From Terracidiphilus sp. (lineage in GTDB: Bacteria > Acidobacteriota > Terriglobia > Terriglobales > Acidobacteriaceae): a stretch of 64,000 nt of DNA. The notes under the pieces are model-generated. The model did no database searches and was not told where the DNA came from. It saw nothing but the letters and a program-made list of their open reading frames with translations. A program made the translations under genes and the position numbers. Below, piece by piece: positions 31,096 through 41,576 of this stretch. The first letter of the stretch is position 1. Each line of letters opens with the position of its first letter. The DNA lies in contig JBKQLG010000313.1 in the NCBI GenBank assembly GCA_052147235.1, positions 82 through 64,081 of the forward strand. The letters are read 5' to 3'.

Positions 31096-33618
31096 ATGAA
31101 CACACTGCTTCAGGACATCCGTTACGCGCTGCGCCAGTTGCGTAAGTCGCCCGGCTTCACGCTGACCGTGATCGTCACGCTGGCGCTGGGCATCGGCGCA
31201 AACGCAGCCGTCTTCACGCTCTTCGATCGTGTGCTGCTGCGCATGTTGCCCGTCGAGCGGCCGAAAGAGCTGGTGCGCTTCGAGTGGAGCGGCGGCTTCT
31301 CCGGTTCCATGAGCAGCTTCGGCGGCGATACCGACAACTATTTCTCTTATCCCATGTACAAGGACCTGCGCGACCAGAGCCAGGTTTTTCAAGGCGTGCT
31401 GGCCGCGGACAAAACCAATGTCGGCGTCAGTTGGCGCAACCAGGCCGAAAGTCAGGACGCCGAAGTCGTCACCGGTAACTACTTCCAGCTTCTAGGCCTC
31501 AAGCCCGCCGTGGGCCGCTTGCTCACCCAGCAGGATGACACCGCAAAGAACGCCAACTCTGTCGCGGTCCTCAGCTATAACTACTGGCGTACACGCTTCG
31601 GCGCTGCGCGCGACATTGTAGGCCAAACGGTGCTCATCAATGGCCACTCCTTCACCATCCTCGGCGTGGCGCCGGAGAACTTCGACTCCGCCATCGGCGG
31701 ATACAAGCCCGGCCTCTTCATCCCCATCAGCATGGTCGAGATCGCGATGCCGTGGATGGCGCCGCGCGATAACCTGAACCGTCACGATTCCGTCTGGCTC
31801 ACGCTGGTGGCGCGCCTCAAGCCCGGCGTGTCCATCCGGCAGGCAGAGGCCAGCCTCGGTCCGCTCTGGCATTCGCTGCGGGCGTATGAATTGACTCTTT
31901 ATAAAGGGAGATCGGAACGCTTCAAGAAAAATTTCCTCGACAATTCGAGCCTTAAAGTCTTCGACGACTCCAAGGGATTCTCCCCCAACCGCACGGACCT
32001 GCAGACGCCCCTCATCATCCTTATGAGCATGGCCGGATTGCTGGTAGCCATGTGCGCCATCAACGTGGCCACACTGCTGCTGCTGCGCGCCGCGGGCCGG
32101 GCGCGCGAAATGTCCATGCGCTACGCACTCGGCGCAAAGCGCAGCCGCATCGTTTCGCAGTTGCTAGTCGAAGGCGGACTACTCGGCATCGCCGGCGCGG
32201 CGGCGGGGCTTACGCTTGCGCCGATGGTTGCCACCACTCTCGTTCGCTTGATGACCAGCGCCGATCCAGGCAGCGAGCCATACTCAGCTTCCATCGATGC
32301 GCGCGTGCTGCTGTTCACGCTGGCGATTTCAGTGGTGGTGAGCCTGCTGTTCAGCATTGCGCCGGTCTTTCACTTTCTACGTCCCGATCTGGCCAATGCG
32401 CTGCGCCAGAACGCAGGCACCGCATCGAAGAACACACAGCGCTTCCGCAAAGTCGCCGTGGGCGCGCAGATTGCGCTCAGTGTGATCTTGCTGGGCGGCG
32501 CGGGCCTGTTCGTGCGCACGCTAGATAATCTCCGCCATCAGGATGTCGGCTTCCAGACTTCAAGTCTGGCCGTCTTCTCTCTCGATCCCACCATCTCCGG
32601 CTACGGCGATGACCGCACGGCGCAGATCGTCACCAATGCGCTTGAGGCGCTGCGCCGTATTCCCGGCGTCGTTACCGTTGCCGCCACCACCGACCCCGAG
32701 CTTTCAGGCGATACGAACAGTTCCCACTTCTCCGTGCAGGGCTATAAACCTTCGGAAGAAGAGAACATGAACTTCGAGGAGCCTTGGATCACTCCCGGCT
32801 ACTTTGCCACGCTGCGGCAGCCGCTTCTGGTAGGCAGGGAATTCAACGCTTCAGATGCGAAAGGTCAACCCAGTGTCGCCGTCGTCAATCTGGCCTTCGC
32901 CAAGCGATTTTTCGGCTCGCCGCAGAATGCGCTGGGCCGCGCCATCGTCGAGGGTGGCGGCAGCGACGGTAAATTCGATACGACCATTGTCGGTGTCGTC
33001 GGCGACATCAAACATGCCGATCTGCGCACGGAGATTGGCCCCGCGGTCTACGAGCCCTATCTACAGCGAAAGCATCCAGGCGGAGTCGAGGTTTACGCGC
33101 GCGCCGCGCAAGCGCCCCAGGCAGTTGAAGCCGCAATTCGCCAGGCCATTCATCAACTTGACCCCACGCTGGTTGTCGATAGCCTGCGCACCATGGAGCA
33201 GCAAGTGGACCGCATCTCTTCCGATGAACGCGCACTGGCCTTTCTCGCCATCGGCTTCTCCGCGCTGGCGATGCTGCTGGCCGCCGTCGGCCTCTACGGC
33301 GTGCTGGCCTACTCCACCGAGCAGCGCACGCGCGAGATCGGTGTACGGTTGGCGCTGGGCGCGCAACGGTCGAATGTCGTCGTGCTGATCGTCCGCGAGA
33401 TGGCCATCATTGCGGCCTTCGCCACGGCGATTGCGCTGCCTTCCATTGTTGCCCTGGCACGCCTCTTCCGCAGCCAGTTGTACGGCGTCACCAACTTTGA
33501 TCCGATTACATTGTCAGTAACAGTTACTCTCACCGCGGTAATGGCAGTGCTGGCCGCCGCACTGCCCGCCCGCCGCGCCGCGACCATTGAACCCATACAG
33601 GCACTACGCACTGAGTAG
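31096..33618 (+). CDS. ADOP-family duplicated FtsX/MacB-type permease (paralog 4)
   Basis: The ATG at 31096 follows [37 protein letters not shown]... C-terminus PARRAATIEPIQALRTE. Confidence 0.9.
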   Translation: MNTLLQDIRYALRQLRKSPGFTLTVIVTLALGIGANAAVFTLFDRVLLRMLPVERPKELVRFEWSGGFSGSMSSFGGDTDNYFSYPMYKDLRDQSQVFQGVLAADKTNVGVSWRNQAESQDAEVVTGNYFQLLGLKPAVGRLLTQQDDTAKNANSVAVLSYNYWRTRFGAARDIVGQTVLINGHSFTILGVAPENFDSAIGGYKPGLFIPISMVEIAMPWMAPRDNLNRHDSVWLTLVARLKPGVSIRQAEASLGPLWHSLRAYELTLYKGRSERFKKNFLDNSSLKVFDDSKGFSPNRTDLQTPLIILMSMAGLLVAMCAINVATLLLLRAAGRAREMSMRYALGAKRSRIVSQLLVEGGLLGIAGAAAGLTLAPMVATTLVRLMTSADPGSEPYSASIDARVLLFTLAISVVVSLLFSIAPVFHFLRPDLANALRQNAGTASKNTQRFRKVAVGAQIALSVILLGGAGLFVRTLDNLRHQDVGFQTSSLAVFSLDPTISGYGDDRTAQIVTNALEALRRIPGVVTVAATTDPELSGDTNSSHFSVQGYKPSEEENMNFEEPWITPGYFATLRQPLLVGREFNASDAKGQPSVAVVNLAFAKRFFGSPQNALGRAIVEGGGSDGKFDTTIVGVVGDIKHADLRTEIGPAVYEPYLQRKHPGGVEVYARAAQAPQAVEAAIRQAIHQLDPTLVVDSLRTMEQQVDRISSDERALAFLAIGFSALAMLLAAVGLYGVLAYSTEQRTREIGVRLALGAQRSNVVVLIVREMAIIAAFATAIALPSIVALARLFRSQLYGVTNFDPITLSVTVTLTAVMAVLAAALPARRAATIEPIQALRTE

Positions 33619-33630
33619 GAAAGGAAACAA

Positions 33631-36057
33631 GTGATGCAGACGATCTTGCAAAACCTCCGCTACGCGCTGCGCCAGTTGCATAAGTCGCCGGTTTTCACTC
33701 TGACCGCGGTGCTCACGCTGGCGCTCGGCATCGGCGCCAACACCGCTATATTCACGGCGGTTTACGCCACGCTGCTGGCGCCCATGCCCTATCCCCAGCC
33801 CGACCAGCTCGTCATGGTCTGGTCCAAGATTCAGGGCTTTCACAACGGCATTGCGGCGCAGGACTTTGTTGACTGGAAGGATCAGAGCAAGTCTTTTCAG
33901 GACCTGAATGCATGGACTGGCGGCAGTTTCAATCTGGCCACCAAGGATCAGCCGGAGTATGTCGAAGGCCAGGCCACCACGCCAGGCTTCTACAAGATGA
34001 TGGGCGTCAAGTTTCTGTACGGGCGCGACTTTCTCCCCGAAGAAGGCGTGGCAGGCAGGGAACGCGTCGTGGTCCTGGTCAACAAGCTTTGGAAGCGCCT
34101 GGGCTCCGATCCAAAGATCATCGGCAAGCAAATCCAGATTGATGGCGCACCCTATACCGTGGTCGGAGTCATGGCTCCGGGCCAGCCCGATCGCCTCGAT
34201 CAGAATTTGATTGTGCCGCTTGTCTTCAAGCCAGAACAGTTGAATCACGACTTCCATTGGCTGCTGGCCATGGGCCGCTTGAAGCCCGGCGTCACCATCA
34301 AACAGGCACAGGCCGACATGGATACGGTCACCGCCAACATCGCACAGGCCTTTCCCAAAAGCAACAAGGGATGGGGCGCGTTCGTGGAGCCGCTGAAGAA
34401 TGACTTTCTGCCAAAAGAGCGTATCCAGACCCTGTGGATGCTGCTCGGCGCGGTGGGCTTTGTGCTTTTGATCGCCTGCGTGAATGTGGCCAACCTGCTG
34501 CTCTCCAAGGGAACCACACGCCACAAAGAAGTGGCCGTGCGCATCTCTCTTGGCGCTTCGCGCGCCAACATCTTTGCCCAGTTCCTGACGGAGAACCTCG
34601 TCCTGGCGCTCATCGGCGGCCTTCTCGGAGTTGGCGTGGGCGCGCTCTGCTTGCGCGGCCTCATCGCCATCATGCCTGCCGGCACGCTTCCATCCGAGGC
34701 TGACCTCAGCCTGAATCTGCCTATCCTGTTATTCTCGCTCGCCGCTTCCACTCTTGCAGGGTTGCTCTTCGGCTGCCTTCCCGCGTGGTACGCCACGCGC
34801 ATCGATCCCGGCGAAGCACTCAAGGAGGGCGGACGCGCTTCATCAGGCTCCGGCCGCCATCGCCTGCGCAAGGTATTGGTCATCGGCGAGTTCGCGCTGG
34901 CGCTTACGCTGCTCACCGGCGCGGGCTTGGCCATCCATAGCTTCTGGAATCTCACCCGCGTCGATCTCGGATTGAACACCCATCATGTGTACACCTTTTT
35001 CCTGCCCGTGCCCGACGCGCGCTCCAAGGATCCCGCACAGATCGCCGCCTACTACCAGCGAATGATCGAAAGCATCAAGTCGGTCCCGGGCGTCCTGGAT
35101 GTGTCGACAGGCACTGGCTTGCCACTCCACGGCATGGGATTTGGAATGCCCTTTACTATCGCCGGCCAACCCGACTTCGCCGACCCCTCGCAGCGGCCCG
35201 CCGCGGGCTTCGGGATGGTTACGCCTGGATACTTCAAAACCTTTGGCATTCAGGTCATCCGTGGCCGATCGTTCACTGACCAGGACAACGCAGCCAGCAT
35301 ACGCGTGGCCATGGTCAACGAAAACTTCGCGCAAAAGTACTTCAAGGACAAAGACCCACTTCAACAACGGCTCATCGTCGAAGAACTGATTCCCGGCGTC
35401 ACCAAGCTGGGCGCGCCCGTCTCCTGGCAGATCGTGGGTGTCTATCACAATGTGCGCAGCCGTGGCCTCCGCCAGGACAATCCGGAGATCGCCATTCCCT
35501 TTTGGCAAATCCCCTGGCCCAGCGCCAACATCGGAGTGCGCACCGCGGGCGACCCCGCACTGATGACCAAGAGCATCGCGGCGGCGGTCCATGCTGTCGA
35601 TCCGCAGATCGCGCTGGCTCAGCCAAGGACGATGGATGAAATTAAGAGCGACATACTCTCCGGCGATCGTTTCACCATGGTGCTCTACTTCAGCTTTGCC
35701 GTGCTGGCACTGCTGCTTGCCGCCGTCGGCATCTATGGCGTGATGGCCTTTACCGTGGCCCAGCGCGAACACGAGATTGGACTGCGCATGGCCCTCGGAG
35801 CCAGCCGCAACAACGTCGTCTCCCTGATTCTCAAGGAAGCCATACTCCTGGCGCTTCTCGGTCTCGGCCTGGGCCTGATCGGCGCTTTCTTCGTGGGCCG
35901 CGCCATGCACAGCACGCTCTACGGCATTGCCTCTATCGACTTTGCCGCCGTTTCCGTTGTCTCATTCGTTCTGCTGAGTGTGGCTTTGCTGGCCAGTTGG
36001 CTGCCTGCTCGCCGCGCCGCATCCGTCGAACCCATGCAGTCTTTGAGAGGCGAATAG
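33631..36057 (+). CDS. ADOP-family duplicated FtsX/MacB-type permease (paralog 5)
   Basis: GTG 33631 or ATG 33634. [24 protein letters not shown]... C-terminus PARRAASVEPMQSLRGE. Confidence 0.9.
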   Translation: MMQTILQNLRYALRQLHKSPVFTLTAVLTLALGIGANTAIFTAVYATLLAPMPYPQPDQLVMVWSKIQGFHNGIAAQDFVDWKDQSKSFQDLNAWTGGSFNLATKDQPEYVEGQATTPGFYKMMGVKFLYGRDFLPEEGVAGRERVVVLVNKLWKRLGSDPKIIGKQIQIDGAPYTVVGVMAPGQPDRLDQNLIVPLVFKPEQLNHDFHWLLAMGRLKPGVTIKQAQADMDTVTANIAQAFPKSNKGWGAFVEPLKNDFLPKERIQTLWMLLGAVGFVLLIACVNVANLLLSKGTTRHKEVAVRISLGASRANIFAQFLTENLVLALIGGLLGVGVGALCLRGLIAIMPAGTLPSEADLSLNLPILLFSLAASTLAGLLFGCLPAWYATRIDPGEALKEGGRASSGSGRHRLRKVLVIGEFALALTLLTGAGLAIHSFWNLTRVDLGLNTHHVYTFFLPVPDARSKDPAQIAAYYQRMIESIKSVPGVLDVSTGTGLPLHGMGFGMPFTIAGQPDFADPSQRPAAGFGMVTPGYFKTFGIQVIRGRSFTDQDNAASIRVAMVNENFAQKYFKDKDPLQQRLIVEELIPGVTKLGAPVSWQIVGVYHNVRSRGLRQDNPEIAIPFWQIPWPSANIGVRTAGDPALMTKSIAAAVHAVDPQIALAQPRTMDEIKSDILSGDRFTMVLYFSFAVLALLLAAVGIYGVMAFTVAQREHEIGLRMALGASRNNVVSLILKEAILLALLGLGLGLIGAFFVGRAMHSTLYGIASIDFAAVSVVSFVLLSVALLASWLPARRAASVEPMQSLRGE

Positions 36058-36074
36058 CAGAAAGGAACTGAATC

Positions 36075-38543
36075 ATGCGATCTATTCTTCATGATCTTCG
36101 CTACGCGCTGCGCCGGTTGCGCAAGTCGCCTGGATTTACGTTCACCGCAGTGACCGTGCTGGCGCTGGGGCTGGGCGCAAACATCGCCGTCTTCACTGTG
36201 CTGAACGGGATTCTGCTGCGCCCGCTGCCCTATGCGCAGCCTGATCGCATTGTCGAAATTAAAGGCGCGGGTTCCGAACCGTACTACATGATGAGCTACG
36301 CCAATATGCTCCAATTGCGCGACGCGGTAGGCGCAAAGGTGCGGATTGGCGCGCTATTGAACCAATCTATGGCCAGCATCGTCGCTCCCGGAGGCCGCTT
36401 CCAGGCGAAGAAGGTTGAGGTCACCGCCGGCCTGCCTGCCATGCTCGGCGTGCAACCCATCCTTGGCCGTTCCTTCCGCGACGAGGAGAACGATCCGGGC
36501 CGCAATCGCGTGGTGCTGATCGGTGAAGAGGTGTGGCGCAAGTTCTACGCCTCCGATCCTCAAATCGCAGGCAAGACGCTCACCATCAAGGGCCAGTCCT
36601 ACACCATTCTCGGCGTCATGCCTAAAGGTTTTTCATTTCCCTTTGAAGAGCAGATGCAGATATGGTCGCCCGCCGCGATCAATCCGGCCAGCCGCTCTTC
36701 AATGAGCGGCGATCAAGCGGGGTGGGGAGACCTCTACGCACGCCTGCCAGACGGCATGACAGTTGCTCAACTCACGGATCAACTGACGCGCACGCAGGCC
36801 GTCATCGCCAAGGAGGCCACCGACGGCCCATCCATACCCCCCAGAATCGTAGTCACGGAATACCAACAGTCGCTAAACCAGCAGGTTCGCAAACCGCTGA
36901 CGTTGCTCTATGCCGTGGTTCTAGGCATTTGGCTTCTGGCCTGCCTCAACGTCACCAGTCTGATGCTGGCGCGCGCCATTTCACGTACTCGTGAACAGGC
37001 CGTGCGTGCCGCGCTGGGCGCCAGCCGCGCCCGTCTGTTGCAACAAACCATCGTCGAGAGCCTTTTACTCAGTGGCATCGGCAGTGTCTTTGCGCTGCTT
37101 CTCGGCCAATCCGCCATCAAACTGCTTTGGCATCAAATCACCCGCAATTTGCCGCTCTCCAAAACCATTCATCTCGATTGGCGAGTCGTCGTCTGCCTCG
37201 CAGCGCTCACGCTCATCACGGCGATTCTTGTCGGCGTCTTCCCCGCGCTGCGCGCCACGCGCCGCGATGTTCAGGCCAGTCTGCACGGCGTGACGACGAC
37301 CGCATCCGCCAGCCAGAATCGCACCCGCGAAGCGCTGGTTATAGGCCAGCTTGCGCTTACGCTCGTATTCCTAGTCGGTGCAGGGCTTTTCTTGCGCACC
37401 ATTCATGCCCTGCGTTCGGTCCCGCTTGGTTTTTCTCAACAGAACGTGCTCACCGGCGGAATCATTCTCAATGGCGGCGGGAGACTGGAGCAGATGGAGG
37501 GCACGCAAGGAGACGCCAACATCGTGCGCACCGCCTATCTACCGCTGCTCGACCGGCTGCATGCGATTCCGGGCGTGAAAGTGGCGGCACTCAGTTCCGT
37601 GCTGCCCTTACGCGCAGAGTTTGCGGTAACCGTTTCAGGGAACGTCGACCACAAAGAAACTTCGCGTGGACAGGAACCGCGGGCCGATGGCCGCCTTGCT
37701 TCTCCGGGGCTTGTCGATGCAATGGGTATTCCCATGCTGCGCGGCCGCTTCTTCACGGAAGACGACACAGCCACCGAGCCTCCTGTGGTGGTCGTGAACC
37801 AGGCCTTCGCCAACAAATATCTGCCCGGCCAGGATCCTATCGGCCACACCTTCTACATGGGAAAAGGGCGTTATGCCAATATGCATATCGTGGGTGTGAT
37901 CGGCGATGTGAAGCAGCGCAAAGTCACCGATACCACCAGGCCGGAGATTTACTTCTGCCTGGCGCAGATTGAGCCAGGAACCCCTTTCTATGGCATCGCC
38001 ACGGCCTTCATGCAGGTGGCCATTCGCGGCGCGGTCCCCGCCGATTCGCTGCGAGCGCAATTCGACAAGGCGCTACATGAGGTTGCTCCAGACGCAACCA
38101 CCACCGATGTAAAAACCATTCACGAAGCGGTCGAAGATTCCTTCGGCAGCCAGACTTTGATTGCGCATTTGCTGGAGAGTTTCGCCGCGCTGGCGCTGCT
38201 GATTGCCTCGGTCGGACTCTATGGCCTGCTCTCATTCGCAGTGGCGCAGCGCACCCGCGAGATCGGCCTGCGCATCGCGCTGGGCGCGCCGCAAGCCAAC
38301 ATCCTCTCGCTCATTTTGCGCCGCGCGCTCTTGTTAGTGAGCGTCGGACTCGCCATCGGCGGTGTGCTTGCCTGGTTTGCTGTCATCCTTGCGCGCACAT
38401 ACATCTTTGGCGTGCAAGCCCACGACGCCCTCACCTTCACTGCGGTGGTTGTCGTGCTGGCCGCAGCCTCACTGATTGCGGCCTGGCTGCCGGCCCGCCG
38501 CGCAGCTTCCATTGATCCTAATCTTGCTTTGAGATCGGAGTAA
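36075..38543 (+). CDS. ADOP-family duplicated FtsX/MacB-type permease (paralog 6)
   Basis: 822 aa. [24 protein letters not shown]... C-terminus [17 protein letters not shown]. Confidence 0.9.
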   Translation: MRSILHDLRYALRRLRKSPGFTFTAVTVLALGLGANIAVFTVLNGILLRPLPYAQPDRIVEIKGAGSEPYYMMSYANMLQLRDAVGAKVRIGALLNQSMASIVAPGGRFQAKKVEVTAGLPAMLGVQPILGRSFRDEENDPGRNRVVLIGEEVWRKFYASDPQIAGKTLTIKGQSYTILGVMPKGFSFPFEEQMQIWSPAAINPASRSSMSGDQAGWGDLYARLPDGMTVAQLTDQLTRTQAVIAKEATDGPSIPPRIVVTEYQQSLNQQVRKPLTLLYAVVLGIWLLACLNVTSLMLARAISRTREQAVRAALGASRARLLQQTIVESLLLSGIGSVFALLLGQSAIKLLWHQITRNLPLSKTIHLDWRVVVCLAALTLITAILVGVFPALRATRRDVQASLHGVTTTASASQNRTREALVIGQLALTLVFLVGAGLFLRTIHALRSVPLGFSQQNVLTGGIILNGGGRLEQMEGTQGDANIVRTAYLPLLDRLHAIPGVKVAALSSVLPLRAEFAVTVSGNVDHKETSRGQEPRADGRLASPGLVDAMGIPMLRGRFFTEDDTATEPPVVVVNQAFANKYLPGQDPIGHTFYMGKGRYANMHIVGVIGDVKQRKVTDTTRPEIYFCLAQIEPGTPFYGIATAFMQVAIRGAVPADSLRAQFDKALHEVAPDATTTDVKTIHEAVEDSFGSQTLIAHLLESFAALALLIASVGLYGLLSFAVAQRTREIGLRIALGAPQANILSLILRRALLLVSVGLAIGGVLAWFAVILARTYIFGVQAHDALTFTAVVVVLAAASLIAAWLPARRAASIDPNLALRSE

Positions 38544-38547
38544 CACC

Positions 38548-39252
38548 ATGATCGAACTGAAAAACGTAGAACGCAGTTACCAGACCGGACCCACGGAAAC
38601 CTGGGTGCTGCGCCGCATCGGAATCACCATTCGCGAAGGCGAGTTCGTCACCGTGATGGGCCCGTCGGGCGCGGGGAAGTCGTCGCTGCTGAACATTCTT
38701 GCGCTGCTCGACGACGGCTGGAAGGGCGAATACTGGTTCGGCGAAACCGCCGCGCACAAGCTCAATCGCAAGCAGCGCGCCGATCTCGCCCGCCAGCGCA
38801 TCGGCATGGTCTTCCAGAGCTATCACCTGCTGGACGACCTGACCGTCGCCGAGAACATCGACCTGCCGCTCTCCTACAAGAACCTGCCCGCCAAAGAACG
38901 GCAGGGGATGGTGGCCGACATTCTCGACCGCTTCCAGATCGTCGCCAAGAAGGATTTGTTTCCCTCGCAGCTCTCCGGCGGGCAGCAGCAACTGGTGGGC
39001 ATTGCGCGCGCCGTGGTCCACGCGCCCGCGCTGCTGCTGGCCGACGAGCCAACCGGCAACCTGCACTCCACGCAGGCGCGCGAGATCATGAATCTCTTTT
39101 GCGAACTCAACCGCGCCGGTACGACGATTGTGCAGGTGACACATTCGGATGTGAACGCACGCTATGGCAAACGCATCATCGAGCTGCGCGACGGATGGCT
39201 CACGCGCGATGAAATGCTTCAGCCAGGAGCAACGGAGGCAGGCGCAAAGTGA
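38548..39252 (+). CDS. MacB/LolD-type ABC transporter ATP-binding protein (NBD 2, with deviant signature-flank and D-loop residues)
   Basis: Walker A GPSGAGKSS, Q-loop IGMVFQSYHL, signature LSGGQQQLVGIARAV (Leu where NBD1 has Arg), Walker B LLLADEPTGNLH (His where NBD1 has Asp), H-loop VTHS. Starts 4 nt after permease 6. Confidence 0.9.
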   Translation: MIELKNVERSYQTGPTETWVLRRIGITIREGEFVTVMGPSGAGKSSLLNILALLDDGWKGEYWFGETAAHKLNRKQRADLARQRIGMVFQSYHLLDDLTVAENIDLPLSYKNLPAKERQGMVADILDRFQIVAKKDLFPSQLSGGQQQLVGIARAVVHAPALLLADEPTGNLHSTQAREIMNLFCELNRAGTTIVQVTHSDVNARYGKRIIELRDGWLTRDEMLQPGATEAGAK

Positions 39253-41309
39253 ATCACTTCAAGTCTAATTCGGCTCGCGGCATGAAGGCCGGTGTTGCCA
39301 TTCTTCTCTTTCAAGCGAGTCTGGTGTTGGCTGCTTCACCGGCTGCCGCTCAGCTGCCGGCCCAGGCTCAAGCACAGAATCCGGGGCCGAATCAGCAGTC
39401 TCAAACCCCGTCGCCGACCACACAAACTGTGCCGGAGGCTCCTTTGCCCGCGACGAATGGCGCCACCACAGCGCCTGTTTCGTTGGCGCAACAGATTCAG
39501 CAGGTGCAGCAGCAGTCGTTTGCTCCGCCTCGACCGTTTCATGTGCCCATGCCCCACTCGCACAGACCGCTTGCGCCCTACATGCCCAGCACCGCGCCTG
39601 AACTGGACCTAAACAACTCACCGCGCATGGAGAACCTCATACGCAATGGCAAGATATATCTTTCACTGCGGGACGCTATCGCAGTGGCCATCGAGAACAA
39701 CCTCGATCTGGCCTACTTCCGCTATAACTTTCCCATCGCTCAAACCGATATCCTGCGCACCAAAGCGGGCAGCTCCGCCAACGGCGTCAACACCGCCGTC
39801 GTCCAGGGAACCCAGGGCGGGTTTGCCGCTTCCACCGGCGGCGGTGGCGGCTCATCCGGATCCGGATTCTCCGCCGGCACTGGCGGCATCGTCACCTCGA
39901 CCCTCGGTGCCGGCACCAGCGTTTCATCGTTCGATCCCTCCCTCACCTTCCAGGGCTACGTCGATCACAACGTCACCCAGGAAGCCAATGAGATTCTGAC
40001 CGGCGTGCCGAATCTGAAGACCAACACGATTGAGGTCCTGTCGACTTATTCCCAGTCGTTCCCCATCGGCACGGGCGTCCAGATCAATTATCTCGGCCAG
40101 CGTGTCGCCAGCAACACTCCTTACAACCTCATCAATCCTGAACTGTATTCCAATTTTCGAGTGCAAATCGCCCAGCCCATTCTAGCCGGCTTCGGAGTCG
40201 CCACCAACGAGCGCTTTATCCGCATTGCCAAGCGCAACTCCCAGATCACCGACCTTGCCTTCAAGGCACAGGTCATCGCCACCGTGACTCAGGTCGAGAA
40301 TATCTACTGGGATCTCGTGAATGCCTACGAGAGCGAGCAGATCAGCGAGCGCTCACTCGGCTTCGCCAACAAGAATCTCTCCGACGATCGGAAGCAGCTC
40401 GAACTCCAGGCCATCCCCGCGATGCAGGTCATGACGGATCAGTCTGCCGTGGCTCAAGCCGAAGGCAACCTCACGGTGGCGCGCGCCAGCCTTCGGCTGA
40501 ACGAGCTGCTGATGAAGAACGCGCTCACCAAGATCGACGATCCCACGATCGACGAGATGCCGGTCATTCCGCTCGATATGCATGGAGATCCCGATCCGAA
40601 TGCCGGCAAAACCATCGACGAACTCATCTCCGAAGCCGAGAAGAAGCGGCCCGAGGTCGCCATCTACCAGATGCAGGCCGAAGTCCAGAAGCAGGCCCTG
40701 AAGGACATCAACAGCGAGCTGTTGCCGACTCTCAACTTGTATGGCCTTTACGCCGGCGCAGGCACCGCCGGTCCCGTGAATCCCTTGTGCAACCCCAGCA
40801 CGCAGGATTGCTCCACCAGTCTGCCCACGGGCTTTCCCAGCATGTTCGTGAACACATTCAATTACTCGTCCCCGGAATACCAGGTCGGGATGACGCTTTC
40901 CATCAATCTGCGCAACCGCCAGGCCAAGGCCGATCAATTCCGCGCCGTGTTGCAGTACCGCCAGAGCCAGATCTCCTCCCAGCAGCAGCAGAAAGGCATT
41001 CGCTTCGACGTGCGCAACTCGAAGTTTGCTCTTGAACAGGCTCAGGCCCACGTCGTAGCAGCCCAGAAAGCGCGCGATCTTGCCCAGAAGACCTTCGACA
41101 TCACCAAACAGGAACGGTTGCTCGGCGCCAAATCCGGCCTCGATACGCTGAACGCGGAAAGCGTGCTGGCCCAAGCCGAGTCCGCTTTGGACACTGCACA
41201 AACGGCCTACGAGAAGGCGAAGGTGGATATCGACCGCGCCATCGGGGAGACGCTGGAGCGGACAGGAGTCTCCATCGACGACGCAAAATTGGGCGTAGTG
41301 ACTCACTAG
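39249..41309 (+). CDS. TolC-family outer-membrane efflux protein
   Basis: GTGA overlap with the NBD2 stop (alternative ATG at 39282). Signal peptide ...ASLVLAASPAAAQ and a Gln/Pro-rich linker. Two TolC repeats: LSLRDAIAVAIENNLDLA...Y.P.L.. and ...AQ.A..AA..A...A...F..G.....LD.L.A...L..AE. Confidence 0.85.
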   Translation: MNHFKSNSARGMKAGVAILLFQASLVLAASPAAAQLPAQAQAQNPGPNQQSQTPSPTTQTVPEAPLPATNGATTAPVSLAQQIQQVQQQSFAPPRPFHVPMPHSHRPLAPYMPSTAPELDLNNSPRMENLIRNGKIYLSLRDAIAVAIENNLDLAYFRYNFPIAQTDILRTKAGSSANGVNTAVVQGTQGGFAASTGGGGGSSGSGFSAGTGGIVTSTLGAGTSVSSFDPSLTFQGYVDHNVTQEANEILTGVPNLKTNTIEVLSTYSQSFPIGTGVQINYLGQRVASNTPYNLINPELYSNFRVQIAQPILAGFGVATNERFIRIAKRNSQITDLAFKAQVIATVTQVENIYWDLVNAYESEQISERSLGFANKNLSDDRKQLELQAIPAMQVMTDQSAVAQAEGNLTVARASLRLNELLMKNALTKIDDPTIDEMPVIPLDMHGDPDPNAGKTIDELISEAEKKRPEVAIYQMQAEVQKQALKDINSELLPTLNLYGLYAGAGTAGPVNPLCNPSTQDCSTSLPTGFPSMFVNTFNYSSPEYQVGMTLSINLRNRQAKADQFRAVLQYRQSQISSQQQQKGIRFDVRNSKFALEQAQAHVVAAQKARDLAQKTFDITKQERLLGAKSGLDTLNAESVLAQAESALDTAQTAYEKAKVDIDRAIGETLERTGVSIDDAKLGVVTH

Positions 41310-41332
41310 CCGTAGAATCACGGAGAGGGACT

Positions 41333-41515
41333 ATGCACGCCTCGACACAACCAGTATTGCATCGCGCCGCCGCGCCGATCGTTGCAGCCGCTGGGTTCAC
41401 GGGCGAAGACTGCCGCATCGGTCGCCGGTACGCAACCGGCTCGCTGCTCCAGGCGCACGGAATCTCGATTGCCGACGCCAAATCATGCGTAGTGGAGGCA
41501 GACCATCACGAGTAA
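41333..41515 (+). CDS. possible small ORF (60 aa) between the TolC-like and regulator genes
   Basis: The ATG follows GGAGAGGGA, and third codon positions are mostly G/C. I found no recognisable family. It may equally be non-coding leader. Confidence 0.25.
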   Translation: MHASTQPVLHRAAAPIVAAAGFTGEDCRIGRRYATGSLLQAHGISIADAKSCVVEADHHE

Positions 41516-41576
41516 GCTAGAGCCAATTCGCGTTCTGGTTGCCGACGATCAGCCGCATATTCTGGAGGCCGTCGAA

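Noticed and set aside
33452-35725. Near-matches to the sigma-54 consensus inside permease genes (TGGCACGCCTCTTCC near 33455; TGGCACTGCTGCTTGC near 35707)
   Set aside because: One has TTCC instead of TTGC. The other has 6-nt spacing. Both are deep inside coding sequence.
33604-41321. Several 200-355 aa minus-strand ORFs (33604-34524, 34245-34979, 34843-35910, 38518-39144, 40353-41321)
   Set aside because: All are antisense to the well-supported ADOP permease, NBD2 and TolC-like genes. They are high-GC antisense open frames, not genes.
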